DNA from: an uncultured bacterium
GTDB taxonomy: Bacteria > Krumholzibacteriota > Krumholzibacteriia > LZORAL124-64-63
Length of the DNA: 64,000 nt
Assembly (NCBI GenBank): GCA_903859215.1
Contig: CAIOLW010000051.1
Location: 2,482 to 66,481 of the forward strand
Reading direction: 5' to 3'
Numbering within the stretch: the stretch's first letter is position 1; every line of letters starts with the position of its first letter. Made by a program: the position numbers and the translations under genes. Below, piece after piece: positions 25,472 to 36,996 of the stretch. Under the pieces are notes generated by a model. The model did no database searches. It saw only the letters and a list, made by a program, of their open reading frames with translations, and was not told the origin of the DNA.

Positions 25472-26889
25472 GTGCGCTGGCGCTCGACCGGGCATTCCTG
25501 TTGCCGCGGCCGGGGCGGTTGCTGCCGGTCATGGCGTGCGGCATATTTGTGCCGCTGGCCGTCCTGGTGCTCTCGCTCGCGAAAGCGCCGAGCCTTGCCA
25601 CCGCTCTGTTTACGACGCTGATGATGGTGGCGCAGGTAGCCACGGCGTTGACTACGGCGCACAAGGAGATCCTGGCTGCCAGCCCGTCCTTCTTCCACGC
25701 CGGCCTGCGGCGCGGGCTGTTGCAGGCGCAACTCGGGTGGGCCTTCGGCGAGGCCGCGCTGGTGGCGGTATTCATCGCCCTGGCCGGGTTCGGCGCCGGC
25801 CCCGCGGTCGTCGCCACGGCGTTCGGCGCCGCCCTGGCCGTGCACGCGCTGTTGGCGCTGGCGACACTGCGCCTGACGTGGTCCTACCAGCTGCCGTTCT
25901 GGATCCTCTACCTGTTCTTCGCGCTGCCGTCGCTCACGCGCGCCGGGTATGCGGGGAAACTGGACGCGGTCCTCGGCACCCCGGCGCCCTGGCTGGTTGG
26001 TGGGGTGCTGCTGCTATGGCTGCTGGGGCGCAACCTGGTGCGGCCGCACCTGCACCGGCGTCTGTGCGGCACGATGGTGCTCGGACTGGACGATGTGTTC
26101 AAGCCGGGGCGCATCCAGGAATACCGGCGCCGGGGAGAGCAGCACCGCCACTCCGGCCAGGGCCCGCGTGTGCGGCGGCGGGCGATCGGCGCCCTGCTGG
26201 GCCGGGCCGATGTCGCCCAGCAGGCTGGGCGCACCGTCGCTGTGCGCATGTGGCAGGTGCTCACGCTGGCCGCCGCCGTGAATATCAGCACGCGCCGGCG
26301 CGTGCTGGTGCTGATCGCCGTCGGCATGGTCTTCTTCATGGCGTACCTCGGCTACTATGACGGCCGGAAGGACACGCAGGGAATGGTCCACTGGTTCGCG
26401 GGGCTGGCATACCAGGCGGCCCTCTACCCGATCTACGGCCTGGCCGTCGTCCTGCTGTCGGCGCCTGCGGGCGGCATCTCGCGCCGGAATGCATTCCGCG
26501 CGGAACTCGCGACCCTTGGCTTGCTGGCGCTCGCGTCCCTGGGGATCAGCGTACTGATCACTGTCGGGTTCCACGGCATGGCCGCCGTGCTGCCGCCCGT
26601 TACCTGGCACGGGCGCGAGTTCGTGTTCACCGCGCCGCGGCTGCACTGCCTGTGGCTGCCGCCGTTGCTGGTTCCGTTTGCCTGGATCACGGTGGCGCTG
26701 AGGCCCAAGCCGTTGTGCACGACGGCGAACGTTGTCCTGGGACCTGCGTTCGTCCTCAGCCACTGGCTGATGAATTCGGTGCCGTACCAGAGGTCCGTGC
26801 CCCTGTTCGTGGGGATCTCGATCTTGCTGTTCGCGGTCGCCTTCGTGGTGCGGCGGCGGTGGTGGGAGCAGGCGGACCTGGCGATCTGA
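25468..26889 (+). CDS. polytopic membrane protein partner of the YtrA-type ABC module (no recognisable ABC-2 signature)
   Basis: ATG at 25468 (ATGA overlap with the ATPase stop). About 10 or more hydrophobic segments across 473 aa. Confidence 0.72.
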   Translation: MSALALDRAFLLPRPGRLLPVMACGIFVPLAVLVLSLAKAPSLATALFTTLMMVAQVATALTTAHKEILAASPSFFHAGLRRGLLQAQLGWAFGEAALVAVFIALAGFGAGPAVVATAFGAALAVHALLALATLRLTWSYQLPFWILYLFFALPSLTRAGYAGKLDAVLGTPAPWLVGGVLLLWLLGRNLVRPHLHRRLCGTMVLGLDDVFKPGRIQEYRRRGEQHRHSGQGPRVRRRAIGALLGRADVAQQAGRTVAVRMWQVLTLAAAVNISTRRRVLVLIAVGMVFFMAYLGYYDGRKDTQGMVHWFAGLAYQAALYPIYGLAVVLLSAPAGGISRRNAFRAELATLGLLALASLGISVLITVGFHGMAAVLPPVTWHGREFVFTAPRLHCLWLPPLLVPFAWITVALRPKPLCTTANVVLGPAFVLSHWLMNSVPYQRSVPLFVGISILLFAVAFVVRRRWWEQADLAI

Positions 26890-26926
26890 ACCGGCCCTTG
26901 GCCCTGCACCGGAAGGACGTCCGAAC

Positions 26927-27277
26927 ATGAGCCGTGATCGCAACCTGGTCTGGAGCAGCGACGGCGCCGACCGGTGCCCCGACTGCGGCGCCGCACGCGC
27001 GGACTGCAACTGCCGCACCGCCGCGCGTCCCGCGGGCGACGGCATTGTCCGGGTCGGCCGCGAGACCAAGGGCCGCAAGGGCGCCGGCGTGACCGTCGTC
27101 ACCGGCGTTCCCCTGGACGAGGCGGGTCTCAAGGACCTGGCCGGCGATCTCAAGAAGGCCTGCGGCTCGGGCGGAACGCTGAAGGACGGGATCATCGAGA
27201 TCCAGGGCGAGCACCGCGACCGGCTGGTGGCGCTGCTCGAAAAGCGGGGGTGGAAGGTCAAGCGCGTCGGCGGCTGA
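26927..27277 (+). CDS. yciH: SUI1/eIF1-family translation initiation inhibitor YciH
   Basis: GIVRVGRETKGRKGAGVTVVTGV...LKKACGSGGTLKDGIIEIQGEHRD...GWKVKRVGG closely parallels E. coli YciH. Confidence 0.9.
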   Translation: MSRDRNLVWSSDGADRCPDCGAARADCNCRTAARPAGDGIVRVGRETKGRKGAGVTVVTGVPLDEAGLKDLAGDLKKACGSGGTLKDGIIEIQGEHRDRLVALLEKRGWKVKRVGG

Positions 27278-27308
27278 GCAGCCGCGGGTCGCCTGATTGC
27301 GAGACTAA

Positions 27309-27338
27309 GGGCGCGCCCCGGGTGGAGCGCGGCCTTTG
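27309..27338 (+). terminator. candidate intrinsic terminator after yciH
   Basis: GGGCGCGC (27309-16) pairs with GCGCGGCC (27327-34) with one mismatch, followed by TTTG. Confidence 0.35.
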
Positions 27339-27363
27339 CGCAACGCCAACACTAGTTCGGCGA

Positions 27364-27438
27364 TTGGTTGACCTATCAACCAATTTCGATGCCGTATCCT
27401 GCCGTTTCGCGCCGCAGAACTGGTTGATAGGTCAACCA
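27364..27438. repeat. BIME-like pair of inverted 18-nt palindromic units (TGGTTGACCTATCAACCA / TGGTTGATAGGTCAACCA)
   Basis: Unit 1 is at 27364-27383 (TTGGTTGA-CCTA-TCAACCAA). Unit 2 is at 27421-27438 and is the exact reverse complement of the 18-nt core. They are 37 nt apart, in a convergent intergenic region. Confidence 0.8.
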
Positions 27439-27475
27439 TCCGGCCTTCTGCACATGCGCGCGACCGCCCGCCTCC

Positions 27476-29266
27476 CTAACCGACCGTGTACCCCTCGGCG
27501 TCGATCGCCCGCTGCGCGATGCGGTCGTGCAGCACCGAGCGGTTGATCGCCTCGTGCTTGGCCAGCCGGCGCAGGCCTGCCAGCATCACGCGCAGCTCGT
27601 CGCCCTGGCAGGCGGCGCCCAGGACGTTGCGGCCCAGCGTCGCGACCTTCTCCATCGCGTCGTTGGTGTACAGGCGCACCATGTCGGCCATCGGTTCGGC
27701 GGCTGCCTGGCCGTCGCGGGCGGCCTTCTTGTGCGCGCGCAGCAGGCCGCTCTCGCACGCGTAGGTCTCCAGCACGATGTCGGCGATGTCCGCCAGCACG
27801 CCCTGCTGGTCCTTGAGGCCCAGGCCGAACTTCTGCGCCGCGATCCCGAGGGTGGCCAGCACGACCTTCTTCATGCCCGTCACCTGCTGGGCCTCGGCCT
27901 CCAGGAAGCCGGGCTCGTGCGGATCGACGAACGACGGCATGCCGGTCAGTTCCTCGGCCACCGCGCGGGCGGCCTGCAGGAAGGCCAGCTCGCCCTTGAG
28001 CGCCTTCTTCATGATCATGCCCGGCACCAGCAGGCGGTTGATCTCGTTGGTGCCCTCGAAGATGCGGTTGATGCGCTCGTCGCGGTAGAAACGTTCCAGC
28101 GGGTACTCGCTGCAGTAGCCGTAACCGCCGAGCATCTGCACGCCCTCCTCGGTGGAGTGCGCCAGGGCCTCGGAGGCGAACACCTTGATCATCGAGCATT
28201 CGATCGAGAAATCCTCGACCAGCTTGATGCCCTGCAGGTCGTAGTCCGGGGCGCCCTTGTCGAGCGTGGCGATGGCGGTGTCCAGCAGGCCCGCGGTGCG
28301 GTAGACCATGGATTCGGCCATGAAGACATGGGCATTCACGTCCGCGATCTTGCGGCGGATCAGCCCGAAGCTGCACAGCGGCTGCCCGAACTGGTGGCGC
28401 TGTTTCGTGTACGGCACGGCGTGCTTCATCGTCATCTTGGCGCCGCCCATGGTGCTGGCGCCCAGCTTGAAGCGTCCCACGTTCAGGATGTTGAAGGCGA
28501 TGTGGTGGCCCTTGCCGATTGCGCCCAGCACGTTGCCCGCGGGCACCTTCACGTCCTCGAGGATGATGGGGCAGGTGCTCGAACCCTTGATGCCCATCTT
28601 GTGTTCCTCGGGGCCGATGGTCACCCCGGGCGATTTCAGGTCGACGATGAAGCAGGTGAACTTCTCGCCGTCGATCTTGGCGAACAGGATGCAGATGTCC
28701 GCGTAGGCGGCGTTCGTGATGAACTGCTTGGCGCCGTTCAGCACATAGTGCGCGCCGTCGGGAGTCAGCACCGCAGTGGTCGCCGCGGCGAGCGCGTCCG
28801 AGCCGCTGCCCGTCTCGGTCAGCGCGTAACAGCTGAGGAGTTCGCCGGTGGCCAGGCGCGGCAGGTACTCGGCCTTCTGCGCCGGCGTGCCGTAGTAGGC
28901 GATCGGCAGCGTGCCGATGCCCGAGGCCGCGCCATGGGTGACGGCGAAGCTGCCGCCCCAGGCCACGCCCTCGGAAACCAGCATCACCGTGGCCTTGTTC
29001 GAACCCATGCCGCCGAAGGCTTCCGGCACGTCGGCCATGAGCAGGCCCATCTCGCCCGCGGCCTTGAGCATCTGCCGGCCGAGCGTCGTGTTGCCGTTCT
29101 TTTCGAAGTCGTCGCTGACCGGCGTGATGTGACGCGCGACGAACTCGCTCACCGTGGCGGCGAACATGCGCTGGTTCTCGTCGAAGTCCTCCGGCGTGAA
29201 GCAGTCGGCGGGCGCCGTCTCGCGCAGGAGGAACTCGCCGCCGGTGGGGTAGGTCCTGTCCGTCAT
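27476..29266 (-). CDS. fadE: acyl-CoA dehydrogenase (long form, ~596 aa, FadE/YusJ-like)
   Basis: ATG at 29266 preceded by AAGGAGA. ACAD motifs ALTETGSGSDA and QMLGGYGYCSEYPLERFYRDERINRIFEGTNEI. The C-terminal ~150-aa extension matches Bacillus FadE. Confidence 0.9.
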   Translation of the reverse strand: MTDRTYPTGGEFLLRETAPADCFTPEDFDENQRMFAATVSEFVARHITPVSDDFEKNGNTTLGRQMLKAAGEMGLLMADVPEAFGGMGSNKATVMLVSEGVAWGGSFAVTHGAASGIGTLPIAYYGTPAQKAEYLPRLATGELLSCYALTETGSGSDALAAATTAVLTPDGAHYVLNGAKQFITNAAYADICILFAKIDGEKFTCFIVDLKSPGVTIGPEEHKMGIKGSSTCPIILEDVKVPAGNVLGAIGKGHHIAFNILNVGRFKLGASTMGGAKMTMKHAVPYTKQRHQFGQPLCSFGLIRRKIADVNAHVFMAESMVYRTAGLLDTAIATLDKGAPDYDLQGIKLVEDFSIECSMIKVFASEALAHSTEEGVQMLGGYGYCSEYPLERFYRDERINRIFEGTNEINRLLVPGMIMKKALKGELAFLQAARAVAEELTGMPSFVDPHEPGFLEAEAQQVTGMKKVVLATLGIAAQKFGLGLKDQQGVLADIADIVLETYACESGLLRAHKKAARDGQAAAEPMADMVRLYTNDAMEKVATLGRNVLGAACQGDELRVMLAGLRRLAKHEAINRSVLHDRIAQRAIDAEGYTVG

Positions 29267-29319
29267 GTCGTGGTCTCCTTGTCGGTCCGGCCCACGCCGG
29301 CATGGTTGGCTGCCGGTGT

Positions 29320-30504
29320 TCAGATCGCTTCGAAGACGCCCGCGGCGCCCATGCCGGTGCCGACGCACATCGTCACCAGCGCATAGCGTCCATTGCGGCG
29401 TTTCAGTTCGTGCAGGGCCGAGGCCAGCAGCTTCGCGCCGGTGCAGCCCAGGGGATGTCCGAGCGCGATGGCCCCGCCGTTCGGGTTCAGGCGCGGGTCG
29501 TCGAAGGCCAGGCCCAGGCCCTTGCACACCGCCAGGCTCTGGGCGGCGAAGGCCTCGTTCAGTTCGATGACGTCGACCTGGTCCAGCGTGATGCCGGCCT
29601 GCGCCAGCGCGAGTGGCATGGCCGCGACAGGGCCGATGCCCATGTAGGCGGGGTCGACGCCGGCGACCGCATAGCCGGCGAAGCGCGCCAGCGGCACGGC
29701 GCCGATGGAAGCCGCGAACTCGGCCGTGCCCAGCAGGGCGGCCGCCGCGCCGTCGCTCATCTGGCTGGCGTTGCCGGCGGTCACGGTGCCGCCGACCTTG
29801 AACGCGGGCTTCAGCTTCGCCAGCGCCTCGACCGTCGTGTCGGCGCGGGGGCCCTCGTCGACCTTGAACTCGACGTCCTTCTGCGCGGGGCGGCCCTTCG
29901 CGTCGCGGCCCGGCAGCGCGGCCATGACAGGGACGATCTCGTCGGTGAAGCGGCCGGCCATGATCGCCTCGACCGCCTTGCGGTGGCTGTGATAGGCGAA
30001 CGCGTCTTGATCCTCGCGCGTGATGCCGTCCCGCACCACCAGGTTCTCGGCCGTGATGCCCATGTTCGTCAGGTACTCGGGGTGCTCGCGCGCCATCACC
30101 GGGCTCGGCAGGTAGCGCAGGCCGCCCATCGGCACCATCGTCATGGTCTCGACGCCGCCGGCGATGACGGCCTCGGCCTGCCCGCAGGCGATCTTCAACG
30201 CCGCGTAGTTGACCGACTCGAGGCCCGACGAGCAGAAGCGGTTGATGGTCATGCCCGGCACCGTGACGGGCAGGCCGGCCATCAGCGCGATGTTGCGGCC
30301 GACGTTCATGCCCTGCTCGCCCTCGGGCATGGCGCAGCCCATGATCACGTCGCCCAGCCGTGCCGGGTCCAGGCCCGGGTACATCGCGACCAGCTGGCGC
30401 ACCACCGCGGCCCCGAGGTCGTCGGGGCGTGTGTGGCGCAGGGTTCCCTTGAGCGCGCGGCCGACCGCGGTGCGGCGCGCGGAGATGACGAGGACGTCCT
30501 TCAT
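29320..30504 (-). CDS. fadA: acetyl-CoA C-acyltransferase (thiolase)
   Basis: ATG at 30504 ([16 protein letters not shown]). Active-site regions [10 protein letters not shown] and [20 protein letters not shown], then [12 protein letters not shown]. Confidence 0.93.
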   Translation of the reverse strand: MKDVLVISARRTAVGRALKGTLRHTRPDDLGAAVVRQLVAMYPGLDPARLGDVIMGCAMPEGEQGMNVGRNIALMAGLPVTVPGMTINRFCSSGLESVNYAALKIACGQAEAVIAGGVETMTMVPMGGLRYLPSPVMAREHPEYLTNMGITAENLVVRDGITREDQDAFAYHSHRKAVEAIMAGRFTDEIVPVMAALPGRDAKGRPAQKDVEFKVDEGPRADTTVEALAKLKPAFKVGGTVTAGNASQMSDGAAAALLGTAEFAASIGAVPLARFAGYAVAGVDPAYMGIGPVAAMPLALAQAGITLDQVDVIELNEAFAAQSLAVCKGLGLAFDDPRLNPNGGAIALGHPLGCTGAKLLASALHELKRRNGRYALVTMCVGTGMGAAGVFEAI

Positions 30505-30551
30505 CGGTACTCCTTGCAAATTCTGCAACGGCATCCAGGCCGCAGCGGCTT

Positions 30552-32951
<2,400 letters not shown>

Positions 32952-33010
32952 GATCCTGCCTTTCCGGCGGCAGCTCTTTCCGGCCTTTCGGGCCGCCGCT
33001 GGGAAATTAA

Positions 33011-33024
33011 TGAATGATCATTCA
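33011..33024. promoter_or_regulatory. perfect 14-nt palindrome TGAATGATCATTCA: candidate FadR (YsiA-type) operator
   Basis: Located in the fadN/fadR divergent intergenic region within a local AT-rich patch (AAATTAATGAATGATCATTCAGT). The TGAATGA half-site matches what I recall of Bacillus FadR boxes. Followed by palindromes GTCAG-AAG-CTGAC (33025-37) and CAGGGGG-CTTT-CCCCCTG (33043-60). Confidence 0.5.
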
Positions 33025-33171
33025 GTCAGAAGCTGACTCTAACAGGGGGCTTTCCCCCTGTCAACAAGCCCGGACCCACCGCAAATGATTCCCTCACGCG
33101 GCCCGATGTGCTAGATTGTTGGCCTGGGCGACGATCCCGGAGGCGGCTGTCCCGCCGCACGGGCACCTTTA

Positions 33172-33786
33172 ATGAACGGCTGTTCAGCCCCCATGCCCCG
33201 CCAGCCCACCGGTCGCAAGAAGGAAGCCATTCTCGACGCCGCGGTCGTGGAGATCGCCGCGCACGGCTACCACGGCACCACCGTGGCGATGATCGCCCGG
33301 CGGGCGGGCGTGGCCGACGGCACCATCTACCTCTACTTCCAGAACAAGGAAGAGGTGCTGGTCTCGCTGTTCGACCGCGCGATGGACCGCTTCACGGCGC
33401 TCGGCGCCGGCGAGCTGGCCCGGCTGGAGGACCCGGCCGCGCGCCTGGCCCGCATCATCGAGCTGCATCTTGAACTGGTGGGCGGCGACCGCGACCTGGC
33501 GATCATCACGCAGGTCGAGCTGCGCCACAGCGTCCATTTCCTGGACCAGCTGTCGCGCGCCAAGGTGGGGCAGTACCTGCAGGTCATCGGCGGCGTCATC
33601 GCCGAGGGGCAGCAGGCCGGCCTGTGGCGCCGCGACCTGGAGGCGGGGCTGCTGGCCAAGGCCGTCTTCGGCATCCTCGACGAGATGGCCACCGACTGGG
33701 TGCTCTCGCGACGCAACACCCGCCTGGCGGCCCGCGCCGACGCGGTGACCCGCATCGTCATGGGGGCGCTCCGGCCCGAGGCCTGA
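33172..33786 (+). CDS. fadR: TetR family fatty-acid-degradation repressor (YsiA/FadR-type)
   Basis: ILDAAVVEIAAHGYHGTTVAMIARRAGVADGTIYLYFQNKEEVLVSLF, DRDLAIITQVELRHS and FGILDEMATDWVL closely parallel B. subtilis FadR (YsiA). An alternative start at 33193 is possible. Confidence 0.88.
   Translation: MNGCSAPMPRQPTGRKKEAILDAAVVEIAAHGYHGTTVAMIARRAGVADGTIYLYFQNKEEVLVSLFDRAMDRFTALGAGELARLEDPAARLARIIELHLELVGGDRDLAIITQVELRHSVHFLDQLSRAKVGQYLQVIGGVIAEGQQAGLWRRDLEAGLLAKAVFGILDEMATDWVLSRRNTRLAARADAVTRIVMGALRPEA
33173..33186. promoter_or_regulatory. second palindrome TGAAC-GGCT-GTTCA overlapping the fadR start codon
   Basis: Read directly. It shares the TGAA/TTCA arms with the 33011 palindrome, so it is a possible autoregulatory site. 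Confidence 0.3.
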
Positions 33787-33947
33787 GCCGGACCCGTTTG
33801 CCGCCCCCGCCTTCCCCCTCCTTTCCGATGGCACGCGTCTTGAGGATCCGGCCCGTTCCGGGGTGTCCATGTTCCCCGGACCCGCACCGTCCGCCATGGG
33901 GCCCGAACGCCCCAAGTGGCGACAGGATCAAGCCAAGGAGCGCTGCC

Positions 33948-36900
33948 GTGCGGTTTTTGCGACATCCGGCCAGCCCGTCGGCACTGGGCCGACTCGGGGC
34001 GGTATTGACAGTTTTCTGGGCAGGGATGGCCCTCGCGGGGTCCTTCGTCCAGGTCCAGGTGCTGCTGCCGGGCGAGGCCGCGGCGCCAGGCACCATCAGC
34101 GGCAAGACCGGTACGCCGGACGCCCAGGTGGCGGGGGTGCCGTTCGACGTGGTCGTGCGGGCCTGCGACTCGACCTGGTCTACGGTCGGCTCGGCCAGCG
34201 ACGTCATCCGCCTGACCTCGACCGCGGGCTCGGCCGTGCTGCCGGCGCCTTCGGTGCTGATCGGCGGGACGGCGACGTTCCGGGTCATCCTGCCGGCGAG
34301 CGGCACCGCGCGCTTCACGGCGCAGGACCAGACGAACTTGATGATCCCGCTCGGCAGCTCGACGAACATGACCGCGGTCGCGCTGACCGGTTTCCGCTTC
34401 CAGGACGCGGCGCCGCACGAGCGGGCAGCCGGTGTCCCGTTCTCGACGTCGCTGACGGCGATCGATGCGAGCGGCAACGTCGTGCTCGGCTACCACGGGC
34501 CGGTGTCCCTCGAGCAGCTGACCAGCCAGGGCGTCGGGCGCGTCGAGCCGGCGACCATCAACCTCGCGAGCGGCGTGTGGAGCGGCACCCTGACCGTGTT
34601 CCGCGCCGATACGGCCAACCAGCCGGCCGGCAGTGTCCGGGTGCACGCGCACCTGCCGGGCGATCCCGGTCGCAGCGGCACTTCCGACAACTTCATCGTC
34701 GATGCCGGCGCGTTCGCGCGCCTGCAGCTGCTGGCGCCGGGCATGACCGCGGTGCCGGGCAGCGTCAACGGGTACGAAGGCGTTCCCGCCAGCCAGTCGG
34801 CGATGGCGACGTTCCAGGTTTCGGCCCGCGCCACCGACCCGTGGTGGAATCCCGTCTCCTCGACGCACCAGGTGCGGCTGGTCTCCAGCGACTCGTGGGC
34901 GACGACGCCGCTGACGATGACGCTCGTTTCCGGCTTCGCGCAGGCGAGCGTGGCGCTCGCGACGACCGGAGGCCAGACGCTGACGGCGTACGACCTCATC
35001 GACGCGACCATCACGACGATGGTCACGCCGGTGATCCCGGTCACGGCGGCCGCGGCCAGCCACTTCCAGTTCTCGACGCTGCCGTCCGGCGCCACTGCCG
35101 GCCAGCCCATCACGATGACGATCCGCGCCGTCGACGCGACGGGCACGACGATCACGACTTTCGACGGCAACGCGCGCCTGAGCGCGACGACGGGCGCCAC
35201 CACGATGAGCCCCGAGGCGGTCACGTTCATCGACGGCGTGTGGACCGGGCCGGTGACGCTGTTCGGCGCCGCCGGCGGCACGACGGTCACCTGCCAGGAC
35301 TATGCGACCCCGCCCCACCAGGGTGCGAGCGCCGCGGTCAACGTCGGCCCGGGCGCCTGGACCGGTGTGCAGCTGCTGCTGCCCGGCCAGGTGGCGGTGC
35401 CGGGGACGACGATCGGCATCACCGGCGAGCCCGAGCCGCAGAGCGCCGGGCAGGCGCTGGCGATCAACGTGCGCGCGGTCGACGACTGGTACAACCTCGT
35501 GCCGGGCGCGGCCGGCGCGCTGCAGCTGACGGGCACCGACCCGAGCCTGGCCGTGGCCGGGACGCCGGCGCTGGCCGGCGGGTCCGCCACCGTCACCATC
35601 ACCCCTTACCTGGCGGGAGCGCAGGGCGTGGCCTGCGCCGTGCCGTCGATGCCCTCGATCGACGCCGGGCACAGCGCGGGATTCCTCGTCTCGGCGGGGC
35701 CGTTCACGAAGCTGCTGCTGACCTTGCCGGGCCAGGCGCCGCTGCCGGGCGACGGCGAGGGCCGCGCCGGCGCGGCCGACGACCAGTCGATTACGTACGC
35801 GTTCGCGGCCGTCGTGCGCGCGACCGACGACTGGTTCAACCCGCTGGCCTCGGCGACCGACCTCGTGCAGCTGGCCTGCACCGACCCCTCGGCGCAGGTG
35901 AACGGGCCGCTGGCGATGACCGCCGGCACGGCGACGTTCACGGTGCGCCTGGCCACCGGCGGCTACCAGATGCTGACGGCGACCAACCTCACGCGCCCGG
36001 CGATGGCCGCCAGTGCCACGCAGGTGCGCGCCATCTCCAGCGGCCTGCACCTGACGGCCGCGATCACGCAGGAATCGATCCAGGCCGGCGCGCCGTTCAC
36101 GCTCGAGGTGACCGCGCGCAACGACGCCGGCAGCATCATCCAGGAATGCAACGCGCAGGTCACCGTGCTGGCCGTCGGCGCGCACGACCAGGCGCCGGGC
36201 CGCGGCGCGCTCAGCGCGACCACGTTCCAGATGCTGCAGGGCCGGCGCACGATCAGCCTCTCGTACACGTTCGCCGAGGATGTGCTGCTACGCATCAGCG
36301 ACGACGCCGGCTCGACGCCCGCCGTCACGGACGCGCTGCAGGTGGTGCCCGGCGATCCGTCCGTGCTCGAACTGACGGGCGAACCGGCGTGGGTGCGGCC
36401 CGGGAGCGCCATCGACCTGACGGCGCGACTGACCGACGCGTGGGGCAACGGCGTCCCGCACCAGAGCGTGACGTTCGCCGTTGCCGAGGGCGACAGCGGC
36501 ATGCTGGCCCCCGGGCTGGGCAAGGCCGTGTCGGTGACCACCGGCACGGGCGGGGCCGCAGCGGCGCAGTACCAGGCGCCCGGCTTCGCGCAGCAGTTCA
36601 CCGTGACCGCGGCGTGCGGCGGGCTCAGCGCCGGCTGCGACGTGGTCACGGCCGAGATCGATCCCGCGGCGGCCGCGGGCTACCTGACCAACTACCCGAA
36701 CCCGTTCCACCCCGGCGACGGACCGACGACCATCGCCTGGAAGCTGGATGCGGCATCGGAAGTGCGGCTGCGGATCTACACCACGAGCGGTGGGCTGGTC
36801 CTGGACCGGCGCTTCGCGGCGGGCGGGCCCGGCGGCAGCAACGGCAACAACGAATTCACCTGGGATGGGAAGAACGGCGACGGCGTGGACGTCGCCAGCG

Positions 36901-36983
36901 GCGGCTACGTGCTGCGCGTCGAGGCGCAGGGCTCAGGAACCACCCAACACGTCATGCGCCGCAAAGTCGGCGTGGTCTGGTAG
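33948..36983 (+). CDS. 1011-aa surface protein of alternating Ig-like modules with FlgD-Ig/T9SS-type CTD
   Basis: GTG at 33948 lies 7 nt after AAGGAG. Signal-like LGAVLTVFWAGMALAGS. Four 'LLLPG..PG..G.TG.P..Q.AG..F...VRA.D.W.N' modules alternate with invasin/BIG1-like modules (AGVPFSTSLTAIDASGNVV, AGQPITMTIRAVDATGTTI, AGAPFTLEVTARNDAGSII, IDLTARLTDAWGNGV). The CTD reads NYPNPFHPG...VRLRIYTTSGGLV...FTWDGKNGDGVDVASGGYVLRV...KVGVVW. Confidence 0.82.
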   Translation: MRFLRHPASPSALGRLGAVLTVFWAGMALAGSFVQVQVLLPGEAAAPGTISGKTGTPDAQVAGVPFDVVVRACDSTWSTVGSASDVIRLTSTAGSAVLPAPSVLIGGTATFRVILPASGTARFTAQDQTNLMIPLGSSTNMTAVALTGFRFQDAAPHERAAGVPFSTSLTAIDASGNVVLGYHGPVSLEQLTSQGVGRVEPATINLASGVWSGTLTVFRADTANQPAGSVRVHAHLPGDPGRSGTSDNFIVDAGAFARLQLLAPGMTAVPGSVNGYEGVPASQSAMATFQVSARATDPWWNPVSSTHQVRLVSSDSWATTPLTMTLVSGFAQASVALATTGGQTLTAYDLIDATITTMVTPVIPVTAAAASHFQFSTLPSGATAGQPITMTIRAVDATGTTITTFDGNARLSATTGATTMSPEAVTFIDGVWTGPVTLFGAAGGTTVTCQDYATPPHQGASAAVNVGPGAWTGVQLLLPGQVAVPGTTIGITGEPEPQSAGQALAINVRAVDDWYNLVPGAAGALQLTGTDPSLAVAGTPALAGGSATVTITPYLAGAQGVACAVPSMPSIDAGHSAGFLVSAGPFTKLLLTLPGQAPLPGDGEGRAGAADDQSITYAFAAVVRATDDWFNPLASATDLVQLACTDPSAQVNGPLAMTAGTATFTVRLATGGYQMLTATNLTRPAMAASATQVRAISSGLHLTAAITQESIQAGAPFTLEVTARNDAGSIIQECNAQVTVLAVGAHDQAPGRGALSATTFQMLQGRRTISLSYTFAEDVLLRISDDAGSTPAVTDALQVVPGDPSVLELTGEPAWVRPGSAIDLTARLTDAWGNGVPHQSVTFAVAEGDSGMLAPGLGKAVSVTTGTGGAAAAQYQAPGFAQQFTVTAACGGLSAGCDVVTAEIDPAAAAGYLTNYPNPFHPGDGPTTIAWKLDAASEVRLRIYTTSGGLVLDRRFAAGGPGGSNGNNEFTWDGKNGDGVDVASGGYVLRVEAQGSGTTQHVMRRKVGVVW

Positions 36984-36996
36984 GCCGGGAGGCGCC

